Assembly: GCA_950097015.1 (NCBI GenBank) | Contig: CATNEN010000002.1 | Span: forward strand, 5,146,001-5,210,000 | DNA: 64,000 nucleotides | Origin: Macrostomum hystrix | Taxonomy: Eukaryota; Animalia; Platyhelminthes | Direction: 5' to 3' | Shown here: in pieces, positions 36,201 to 47,420 of the stretch | Layout: the number at the start of each line of letters is the position of its first letter | Numbering within the stretch: position 1 is the first letter of the stretch | Program-made: the position numbers and the translations under genes | Notes under the pieces: generated by a model | Told to the model about the DNA's origin: nothing | The model's input: only the letters and a program-made list of their open reading frames with translations | Databases searched by the model: none

Positions 36201-37260
36201 CCAAAGGGTTGCGGGGTCCTGAACTTCGAGGGTGGCGCACCAGTACCTGGCTCTCTAGGATAGGGGCATTCGGCAATGAGGTGGCCAGTCTCGCTACACC
36301 TGAAGCATTTAGGTAGGGCGCCGCTCATTCGGGCATGACTAGAGTAGTCCTGGGGGGACTTCTGAGATTGAAAGTTGTGCCTATGGCCACCACTGTTGCT
36401 ATTAGTAGGTTTCTGCGTGCTTTGTTGTGGCCCTGACTGTTTCTTCTCCAGCTCTGCTATTCTCGCCTTCAGGGCTCGGATCTTGTCTGCTTCAACACTT
36501 CTAACCTTGGGTTGCTCAGTCAGTTTGAGCAGCTGCCTAGTTTGATCTGTGTCTCGAGCCCTAGCTAGGAGTCTCTCCAGTGAAGCCCTGGGTGCTTCAT
36601 GCAGCATATTGATAAGTTTTTCGGCAATAGTTTTGTCAGCCAAGCCATAGCAAAACCGCGTCCTTACTAGGGGCTCGTACTCAGAGCGGCTCATGTCCGC
36701 GGCATTTGCTAGGCCTATGAGGCGGTCAAAATACTCCTGGATACTCTCCGATGACAGCTGTTGGGCTGAGGTTAGTTCTATATAGTATTTATCTACGTGG
36801 GTTGGCTCGCCATACCAGCTTCTTAGACTCTTCACTGCTTCATCAAAGCTTTTCTCGTGCAGTCGATAGTTGTAAAAGAACTCTTGGCACTCGGGTGACA
36901 GGGATGAAAGCAACACTGCTGTCCGATGCTCAGGCATGATCTCATTGGCTTCAAGAAACAGGCGGAATTGCGTCCACAGATATCAAATTTGGTTTTGGGT
37001 GTGTAGGCAACTGGGGGTCTGAGCCGAGGGCTCGATTTCGGTATTCTAGAACTGGTGCTGGTGTTGTCACGGATTTGGGCTAGGGTTCTGGCGAGGTCAC
37101 CTAAGGAGGTCTCGCGCTCCGACTGCTCACCTCCCTCCATCTCCACCTCAGCACCTCCTGCTGTCCCAGGCCCATGGCCGATGCTCTCCTCTGGTCCCTG
37201 GCCTGACGATGCTGCCCCTGACTGGTTGACTTGGTCGGTATCTGAATTTACGCCTGACAT
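36143..37260 (-). CDS. Gypsy gag with CCHC zinc knuckle (one frameshift near 36.93 kb)
   Basis: QQLSSESIQEYFDRL; RTRFCYGL; CFRCSETGHLIAEC. Confidence 0.85.
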
Positions 37261-39641
37261 GACTAGAACTCAGACACACAACTAGAAAAAGAGGAGCGAA
37301 GAACGAGCTAGGCCTACACAAGAAAGAATGTGGCAGTTTACAAATGATTGAGCAACAAGTCTAGTACTAATGGTGGTCCTAAGTCTAAAGTTACTGCCAC
37401 AATAGATCCTAATATAATAATAATAATAAATAATTGAACTCAGCCTTAGCTGCAACCACCAGTTCCGAATCTCGGCCGCCGTTGTCTTCGGCACACCGCT
37501 TAGTTCGCCAAGGCAATCGGCAAGGTTCGGCTCGACCAGGCTTGCTGCACACCGCTCGGTTCGGTTCGGTTCAGCTTGGCTTGGCTTGTTCGCAGATGGC
37601 AGGTGCCCTTCAGTCGCAGGCCCGTTCAACCCGCGAGGCGATGCTCTGATGATACCCGATTGTTGTTGGCCGCTGTTGCAACTGCAGGCTGGCACTGGCT
37701 GCCGTAGTAGCTGTTGTCGTGAACAGCTGGCGTAGGGCCGCTGCTGCCGGCGCTTGGCTAATTGACTGCTATTGCTGATGTTGTAAGTGACGACCCGGCG
37801 GCAATGCTTTGCAGTGCTAGCCTGGCTCGCCTAGTCCACAAAAATCAAGCGGGGCGGAGGCCGAGAAAACCCTTAGACAATCGATTACAATGGCTAGGCG
37901 CAGTTCAACAGACGAGAGGGGTGGCGCTCGACGGGCTAAAGCATTGGGGTTGTTGCGCTTGCAATTAAGAGTTGATTAGGCGTGCTTAGTGGTCACGTGC
38001 TTGGACACAGGCGTACAGCGCAGAGGTTGGCTGGTTGTCTGACCCTCCTTTAGGCTTAGCGTCTGACTCACTCTGCGAAGACACACTGCCGATACGCTTA
38101 AGCTGATAAAGTTGGTTGTTGTTTACTTTCTCGATCGTCTATGTAGTAGGTAGGCTGTGCCGTGAACCGATAGTGCTGAATCACTGTTGGACTTTAGTAG
38201 ACGGTATACTTGGGATCTAATTAATGATGAGCATGAGCTAGCTTTTTGACGAATGACGATGGTCGATGACCGAGTTCGAATTGTCTTTGACGGTGGGTCC
38301 TCCAAATTTATATGACGAAGTTTCGGTTTATTTTAATAGCAAGGTAAATTATCAATCGTTACAAAACCTTCGTAGCGGAAAGCACTCTCATGCAGTAAAT
38401 TGGGCCTTCGAATTAAGAAATCGTCTTTACGGCGAATGCTGGCTATATCTTAGATGGGTTACAGAGCTACTCAATGGATTCACTTGAAATACAGCTACGG
38501 CTACAGTTCAGATTAGCCACTGACAAAATAACAACCAGCACTCAGTCGTAGAACAAGCCCGGGGGGAGCGGGAGCCTTCCTGGAAAGGCCTAATTAGCAC
38601 ATTTGAATACAAACTACGACTATGTCGTACACTAAAACAAAACCATTATAAATATTAATGGAAAACCGAAGAGATATCCCTAACAAATATAGCTAGCGAA
38701 AATAATGCACATAATTAGAAATAGCATATTAAAATTACATTAAATTAGAGAGACAACGTCACAGTGCAATAGGCCTCTAAAAATATATTAATTCTTCACA
38801 ATGATAAATTTACGCAAAAAACAATTTGTTATAATTCAAAGAATATTTTCTGAAAAAAATTTTAATATTTTAAAAATATGTTCTCAATAAAATTTGTTTA
38901 AATAAGCGCTATTAAAAATATATTCCTGTAATAAAAATTTTCTTTATAACCGCAAATAAAATGCTATATAAAGGGAGGGTTTTTAGAGAGAAAATTAACC
39001 CTCGTGTGCCTTCGGGACAAACAAGTGAATAAATATACCAAAGGTTTTAAGAGTTAATCCTTATCTGGATCTATACTTGAACAGAGTGTTCAGAGAAGGA
39101 AAAAGATTTAACTGAACAAGAGAGTCCAGAGGACATATAACAGTTGACCTGAATTGGATATTCAGTGGATAACCAGTCGAGTAATTCCCGAAAAAGTACA
39201 TTCGGAAAGTAAAACCCGAATTTCGGAGTTTATCCATAGGTGATTCGAAGGCCTATTGCTGTGACCCTCTAATCTACAGGTACGCCTGACGGATTAAGTG
39301 CATAACCGGTGCTAAAAGGACCTCTCAGGCCACGGATACACGGAAAGGAGAGAGAGAGAAAAACGCTACCCTAGAGGATAAAGGTGCAAATAAGGAATAT
39401 CTTCGGAACATTCCTTGAATAGCAGTTCCTTCTGCTTGGTGGCAGCACTACTAGTAATAAATAGTAACTTTTGGTAATTAAAGGGTAATAGTAAGAGTGT
39501 AATATTACAGTGGAGAATCTTGAAGAGAGAGCCCTAGAGCATTAGCATTTTCGACTCCATTTCGATATAAACAAAACCTTTAATACTTTATAACTTTCAT
39601 TTACGCTTGAAAAATAGGCTAATTTAGTTTTCTTAGTTAAC

Positions 39642-40085
39642 AGCTTGTTGCTTGCGAAATGGTTTCGAAGCAACGATTGAACGGAAAAAGAAGTTGGTTA
39701 ATCCTGAAACCAGCAATTTAACAGCACAGATTAATCTCACATAGAAATTATCAGACGAAAAGTTTTAAATAAGCATGAAGGCGTACAGAAGGTCACGCGT
39801 ACGGAAGCGATCACAAGAAACAATCGTGGTAGTCTACTGATACTGAAGTGCGATGCACATGTTCTCGTACTTATTGTACAGGGCCATCATGAAGCCAACA
39901 AGGCCCGATGCAAAAACTCCAGTGTTGGAATTCTTTAGTAGATTGTGCAGAAATGAAGCGGTGTCAAAAAGATAAATTATTATGGCATCGCAAATTCTCA
40001 TTCTCAAGTACTCTATAGACTTCATCCAAGACTCCATGACTCCATAGACAATGTAAGCCTTCCTGTACGCGTACTGTCAGCGAAT
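39642..40085 (-). repeat. About 440-bp dispersed repeat, inverted partner of 50901-51340
   Basis: Near-identical reverse complement. Confidence 0.9.
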
Positions 40086-40675
40086 TCGCGGCTAAGCGAA
40101 CCAAACCTTAATTCAAATCCAAGTTGCAGCCATTTTTGATAGATAGATAGATGACACTAACTCAAAGTTGATATTCTCAATTAGAAATCTCAAAGCATTG
40201 TATAGTGCGTTTCCATGGCTAAAAGTTCACTATCTACAATTTTTTCTGAACCTTTCGCACAGCACGTGGCGATATCTCGGCCTTTACTATGCACCAAAGT
40301 TTCGACAACAAGTTCTTGTCAGATCAGATCAGATCAACAAATTCTTGCTATCACTATAGAATTTTGTGCACGCAATTAAGCATGCGTCATGCGCGACATT
40401 GCTGTGGTGCAAATGCTATAGCCTTCCCTCAATATTCACATGATTGTTTACACCAATGCCGCAAAATGATACACTTTTTAGCTGCTGTACGAGTACCTGC
40501 GTATGAACCAAACAACGCAGATAACACAAATTATCACCCACATAATCGGCTTCGCGCACAAACACATCGCCACAAAGGCCTTGTAGTCAGTGCAAGTGTT
40601 TAAGCCGCTACAAAATACAAGCTTCACTAGTCGCATTAGAACAGTCGACTAAACTAATCAACTCAAAGAGGTGAG

Positions 40676-42719
40676 ATGTTGAAGCCAATTTTACCAGCTA
40701 CATGGATTATCATTGGTTTGATGGTAAGCGAGTATCCTGGCTTCAAGTTGATCAAGAGTAGCAGGCTCGAACGCACTTTATTCCATATCGATTTCAGTAC
40801 ATTCGATCAGGAGCTTGCTCGGCGCCGATAGTTGGAACTGTTAATGTAAAGTTCGTCTACTACTACAGACAGCACGGACGGAACTGCAACATTTTGCCGC
40901 ATTACTGCGATAAATCATTCTTCGTTTTGGCCTCAACGTCTGCCAAGATTCTCGGAAATTTCCATTTTAATCTGTTTGACCCCATACAACAGAGGATTTA
41001 CTTCGGGAGCCACATAGGTCAGCTGGCTAATCCGCTCATGTTCCGCTTTACTAATCGGGACCTGAGCCCCAATGACAGTATCCAGGTGAACATAGAAGTC
41101 ATTGATTTATTTGCAGAACACAACATAATGTGTGGAATGTCTAAGAATCTCAGCGTTCAGTCCATGACCATGTTTCCAAACAACACGGTGAGCAGACACT
41201 GGACTCGGCAGAGCTTTGAAATGAGCTGTTCAGGCCACACTCTGAGATTTGAAGTTTGGATCACCTGCCAACCAAACTATTACCAGGCGGGCTGCTCCGT
41301 GCACTGCGATCCGAGTCGATTCTCATGCAGCCGAGACGGCTCGAGAGTGTGCCCTGAGGGGTTCATGCCTCACGGTGACAGCTGCATCATGAAATCATCA
41401 GTGACAGATGACTCGATGACAACAGTGTCAACCACAACGGCTTCAATTACAACAGCGTCTTTAACGTCGTCGAAAACTGCAGGTCTGTCAACATATTTAA
41501 CAACAAAATCGTCGACTAGAATGCCTTCACCGACAAAAGCTTCAACAACAACAATCACCGCGCCAGAAACAGCAGCATTAACAAAGCATTCGGCAGCAAC
41601 TGCAACAACAATAGCAAGCTCAACTACACCAGCAACAACAATAGCAAGCTCAACTACACCAGCAACAACTATAGCAAGCTCAAATGCAACAGCAGCAACA
41701 ATAGCAAGCTTAACTGCAACAACAGCAACAATAGCAAGCTCAACTACACCAGCAACAACTATAGCAAGCTCAACTGCAACAGCAGCAACAATAGCAAGCT
41801 CAACTACACCAGCAACAACAATAGCAAGCTCAACTACACCAGCAACAACAATAGCAAGCTCAACTACAACAGCAACAACAAGCGCAATAGCCACCTTTTC
41901 GACAACATTCATTTCAACAGCCTACTTTACAAAAATAATATCAACAGAAATGTCTCACAGAGCAAACATTGCTGGTTCATCATTTAGAACAGTATCGCTG
42001 CCTACCACCAGTGAGTCGAAGCGGCGCAACGTTTTGACTAGCAAGAGCATGAATTTCGAATCGACAGAACAGAAGGTTCAGAAAACAACGGAGAAGACTG
42101 GCCCAGTGGAAATCACCACTTCGGCTACGTTTGCTGGCACAGCTACTCTGAAACCGTCTATCCAATCTGCAGCAACCCATCGATCGACTCTCGCGCCATC
42201 AACCACTTCGAGACAAGATCGAACGAAATCGACTTGGGTAAAATTGCCTCACATGGTGTACACGTCCACAGCTGCTTCAACCCCGCGGTCAACGAAAAGG
42301 ATAGCAAAAGTGACGCCAAAGCAACTGGAAGTCTTAACCAGCAGTTTAGTGACTCGAATAGCAACTACATCAGCGTCAGAAGCCTTAACATCAACTGTGG
42401 CTGATGCTAGAGGCAAAATTGTTGCTGTTCTAAACACTGGGCGAAGTAGAAAAGTAGGCATTAGCCTCCAGGCGGTAAGCTCTTCTTTAACTTCTAATCC
42501 CACAAAATGTTTTTTACATAAATTTAATTTGTTCTGTTTACCACTCTCTCGCAGATACCTTGGACACTGATAGGGACTATCATTCTGGTGCTGTGTGTCG
42601 TGCTAGCAGTTGTTGTTGGCTTCATTGTCCACATCAAAAAGCGCTCAGGCAGACGTCCTTATGTTCGGGTACTGAATTATCCGCTGGATGACCGAGAACT
42701 CTTTAGATCCGGCAGGTGA
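40676..42719 (+). CDS. Gene D: paralog of gene A with a longer mucin stalk. Exons 40676-40723, 40798-42474, 42555-42719; 629 aa
   Basis: Same exon structure as A. The apparent frameshift near 42.5 kb falls in intron 2. Nine 30-bp units (IASSTTPATT-like) at 41611-41880. Confidence 0.8.
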
Positions 42720-42884
42720 GATAAAAAATGATAAAGCGGCCACTAATAGAAAAATAGGCGAGATGAGATGTCAATTTAAGGCTTATGTCATGACGTCAAT
42801 GGGCGTCAATAATCTGAGACCGTGCTTTTTCGATTTCAATTAAAAAATACACAGCATTTCAGCAGTGTATTGGTTAAATATAAT

Positions 42885-43200
42885 TAATAATAATAATAAT
42901 TCAATAATTGATTACACCTGCCACAATAGGGTCAGATGTGCAGCCGACAGCACAGCCGCAGCTAATGCGCGGCGCATCTGAAGGCTGCGTACGGCTGTTC
43001 AGTCCATTGACTGGGGGGACGCCACACCCACCTTCAATTATCCCAGCTAATGCTGGTACCCATTTAACAGCTGGGTGAACTGAAGCAATGCAGAGTTAAG
43101 TGTCTTGCTAAAGGACACAAATTGTTCCAGTGGAGACGGGAATCGAACCCCCGACCTTCAAGTCGTGAGTCCGACGCCCTAACCACTAGGCTACAACCCC
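42885..43200 (-). mobile_element. tRNA-derived CORE-type SINE with (ATT)n tail
   Basis: Minus strand: A box TAGCCTAGTGG, B box GGTTCGATTCC, then CORE-like TGTGTCCTTTAGCAAGACACTTAACTCTGCATTGCTTCAGTTCACCCAGCTGTTAAATGGG. Absent at the paralogous site in copy 1. Confidence 0.8.
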
Positions 43201-44333
43201 CAATATTGCTTATATTATATGCTTATATTGCTTAAATATAAGCAACTTATAAGTATTGTGTCACACGAGTCAGGGATTCGGGGATATGTTCGGATATTCT
43301 CATACACAATAAATCGGCATCTACGACTTCACAGAGAGCCTCCGTCAGAGTCAGTGGAGCTTCGCTACACCGACTCAGCAGCTGCTCATCCCACGGTCTC
43401 TGCAGTGGTTGCTGGGGCAGTCTGAGTTTAGTAGCAACTCTGCCTACGGCAAGCAATCTCCTCAACCAGCACGCGAATGGAGCCAGACACAGAGCTTCTC
43501 GTGGCAAGCAGCTTAGCTTTAATTAAGGCATTGTTTAGCTTCATCCGTGCTTAATATTGAGACGGTCAGCTACGTAACTAACAACAATTATAACAAACGG
43601 CATGCTTCAAGTGTTTTAAATCCTGATACCTATCATTTGATTATTTATTTTAGAAGTAGGCATCAACATAAAGATAACAAATGTGTAGTTGTATAACTTT
43701 TTTGCGTTTTCGTTGTACTAAAATCAGTTCCCTTGTCTTTTAGATCACAATTCATGTGCCATTGTAACACAATATATCTAAACGACACTTTATAGCTCGT
43801 ATAAATACGATAATTCTTGGTTATGCTGTAATTTATTTACCGATCTACAATTGGTAGCCAATAATATGTACGAGTAATTACGATATCTGCGGTTATGAGC
43901 AGTAGATTTAATCATTTTTGCTTAATTGTCTTGCGCCCTGAATCCCATGCCCAGATGCATTACAAATAAACTGCTTCACTGTTTTGTCAAGTTTCATTTG
44001 ACGAATTGAACGTTGATGGCTGAGATTCTTTCCATCTTGACACAATGTTTAGTAGGCGACGAAGTAAAGGCACTAGAACAAAAACATAATGTTCGTAAAG
44101 TAACCTAAATTAAAAACTCAACAACTAAAAACAATAATAACGCTACAATACAAAAGAAGAAACCTTAAAGAAAGACAAATTAATTTAAGAAATCATAAAG
44201 CTGCGAAGCCAATTAAAAATTTCTTTGTAATTGTTTCGTGACTTAAACCACACCTGATTGGTTAAATGCATTTAATTATCGTCACGAATCGCATTAGGAC
44301 AGTCGTCTAAGCTGATCAACTCAAAGAGGTGAG

Positions 44334-44817
44334 ATGTTGAAGCCAAGTTTACCAGCTACATGGCTTGTCATTGATTTGATGGTAAGCGAGTATCCTGGTT
44401 TCAAGTTGATCAAGAGTAGTAGGCCGGAATGCACTTTATTCCATATCGATTTCAGCACATTCAATCAGGAGCTTGCTCCGCGCTGGAACTGTTAATGTAA
44501 AGTTTGGCTACTACAGACAGCACGAACCAGAAAGCTGCAATGCAAACTGGTTCGTCCAGGAATACTGCGATCCATATTCCATCGTTTCAGCCTCATCGCC
44601 TGCCAAGAGTCTCGAAAACTACAATTCAACTGAGTTTGACAAAGCACAACGGGTGATTCATTTCGCCAGCCGCATTGGTCAGATGGCTAATGCGTTCGTG
44701 TTCCGGTTCACCTATCTGGACCTGAGTCCCAGGGACAGTCTCAAGATGCGCAGAACAGTTAAAGATAAAAACATGCCGATAACAGCGCAATGTGTGTTAG
44801 AGATCTTTCGTCGATAA
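44334..44817 (+). pseudogene. Gene E: pseudogene of the C2-DSL-like family
   Basis: Exon 1 and donor are intact, but a 7-nt deletion relative to A early in exon 2 shifts the frame; sequence ends before the DSL segment. Confidence 0.75.
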
Positions 44818-46094
44818 AGAATCATTCTGCAAAGTCTGTTGATTTTCAAGTTGAAGCTCGAGAATGTTCTGCTATAAAGAAGTCATTGGCTTTACTTGCT
44901 GCATGATAAAATTTTATTTGCTTTTCAATGTAACATATTTCAAATGATTCATGTTTCCGCTTCGTAAATTCAAGTTTCTAACCCTGGGACTGCGTAGTCG
45001 ACTGCACGGTTGAATCCTAGTTTGCGGGATGGCGGGATAGACAAGTCTATTCGATTGTATCGAAGCTGACTTTAAAGCGTTTGTGCTCGCAGTTCTCAGA
45101 TCCCAGTGCTCATACTATGTATATGTATCCCAGTGCTTAGACTACACATTTTTGTCAATCGTAAAATGCCTATAAAGTTCTGTATTGGCAAACGAGAAGT
45201 TTGTACTTTCAAAGTCTACTCAGAGATTCTCTGATCCCCAAAGACACAATACGATCGGAAGTGGTCAGTCATTACATTTCTCAATGTCATACTTTAGGCA
45301 CAAGACAAAACAGCAGCAACAGCGCTATAATTTAGTCCCAGGGAGCTGATCAATGTTTTCTACCGAGTCGCCGAATTCTCTATATTCGCTCGATTGAACA
45401 AACCACATTGAATCTACACAATGCCTGCTCTAGTTTGTAAAAATCAATCCAAATATTAAAAGCAAGGATTATAATATAAAGATTTCTAAAAGGCAAATAA
45501 ATTTTACTTAGAAATAAATATTTGTGGGCTTATTTATTCAAATAAATTATTAGGTTTTATTAATGAGTTATTTTATAACTTATGTTTTAATTTCGATTAT
45601 AACTCAGGCATTTGAAATTATTATTAATTATAAATAACGATTGACTCGTGTCACATATTAATTGTAATAAGTGTTCTTATATGTTCACGTTAACTGTATT
45701 TACTTCTACTATTACGAATACATTTATTAATTTAACTATTTACATAAACTCATGAAGTTCTGAAGAAGTCTTTTATCAAAGTATTGAAAGGCATTCACAA
45801 AGTGACGTTATTCACATATATTCATGCATCAAGGAGGCAATATAAATATTTATATTATAATCATTCCGTTGATTAATTTGTGTCGATCTTTATAAGCAGA
45901 TTCAATGCAGTGCGAATCGTCGAGCGAATAAGAAATTTGCGTAATCGGGAAAAGCCGAATCGGAAACAGAAATAGGTGAATTTGAAATCTGCGAATCAGC
46001 AATCGTCGATGGCCTTATTTATGAATGTCGTTCTGTGTTCAATTCGTACTACTAATAGTAACTTTGTCAACGTGATTCTATATTCAATTTCACA

Positions 46095-47230
46095 CTAATA
46101 GCCGTCTACCACCCAGTTAAGGGTAGCTAGAACTACGACGAAGAGCTAGATACAATCCGTACCGAGATCGAAAGCCTTAACCACACAGTCGCAAAAGTAT
46201 CGCTACTCCTGATCGGAGGCGACGTCAACTCGAGCGTAGGAGAGGAAAAAAAACAAAAATTCACTAGTGCCGGCAAATTCGGCCTCGGTGGAACGAACGA
46301 CCAGGGCGTAGACCTGCTTGCGTGGATGCAGAGCCTCGACCTGGTGTGGGCGAGCTCCTTCTTCCAGCAGAACAAGCGCGGCACATGGAAAAACCCGGCA
46401 ACAAAGCGTTGGTATGAACTCGACGAGTTTATATTAAAGAGAGAGCAAAGGCCACGAGTAGTCCAGCAGATCAGAACCGATCACGGACCAACATTGTCGG
46501 ACCAACTACTGAAGGTACGAGTACTAACACTGCACAGGCAGTTCACCGAACGCCATGTTGCGCCGACCAAAGACTCCTAAAATAATAATAATAATAACCA
46601 AACATCGCTTGGGAGCGGCTACGAGACGTCCGAGTGCAGGAAGAGTACAGGAAAGCAACATCCGAGGCCATAGAAAAAATTTATCTCACAAGCGGTGAAA
46701 GAGCAAGAGATAGTTCAGCGAGTAGAGGGGCCTGGCTTGAAGTCGAGAGAGAAATTCTGAAAGCAGCAGAACACGTGTGTGGGGTGAAAACAAGACAGAC
46801 GAACTGCTGGGTAGTCGGCCACGAACAAGAGCTGGAACAACTAAATCGGGACATCGCTGAAGAACTAGCACAACGAAACGCCACTCGGAGAGCAGGTCAG
46901 TCAGGTCGCAGCACAAGCAGCGCGAGCGAGGGAGCACATCAAAACCTGTAGAAAAACGCAAAAACAAGCTCCGTGGATGGGAGGACCAGTGGTGGTCAAC
47001 AATAGCGGAGGAATGCAAACACAATTGTGATGTCGGCGGCATGTACTACTGCTTGAGAAGAATAGGAAAGCCAGTAAACCGAACGCCAACAACAGGATGA
47101 CACTCCCGCTCTTCTCGGCAGAAGAATTCCAAGATCACCTCGCGGCGGTCCAGAACCAACGTTTCGAAAACGATCCGGAGGCCGTGCTATCCTTCCTGCG
47201 CCTTGCGCCGGGACCAACTGGAGACAGCGG
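46095..47230 (+). mobile_element. Degenerate LINE fragment (APE endonuclease C-terminal half and linker)
   Basis: IGGDVNSSVG...KFGLGGTNDQG; TWKNPATKRWYELD; stops and frameshifts. Confidence 0.75.
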
Positions 47231-47420
47231 AGGTCTTGGGAGGAGGTCTTTGTCTGTGAGGTTAGGTCTGTATACAATTAGCGGAGGGCGCTGTGGGAGG
47301 AGGAGGGGTTGGGGTTGGGGACTGTGGTTGCTTAAGTAATTTTAAAGCCACGCTAGAGCAACACTGGCTGCACATAATCCGACCATGCTAACTTTTTTTT
47401 TTAGCTGCTACACGTTGTGA

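Larger units (their letters stand above)
30879..38763 (-). mobile_element. Full-length Ty3/Gypsy LTR retrotransposon with both LTRs and GTGCAA target-site duplication
   Basis: LTRs 30879-31355 and 38313-38763 with TG..CA ends. PBS-like TTTGGAGGACCCACC next to the 5' LTR and a purine tract next to the 3' LTR. GTGCAA at 30873-30878 and 38764-38769. Order gag-PR-RT-RH-INT. Confidence 0.93.
40055..45850 (+). repeat. Segmental duplication, copy 2 (pairs with 20885-26130)
   Basis: Collinear near-identity with copy 1. Confidence 0.9.

Noticed and set aside
42475-42570. Apparent frameshift making gene D a pseudogene or secreted form
   Set aside because: The extra base lies in a GT-AG intron shared with gene A; splicing restores the TM exon.
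43140-43200. tRNA gene
   Set aside because: Has A and B boxes but no acceptor stem partner and continues into a SINE body and tail.
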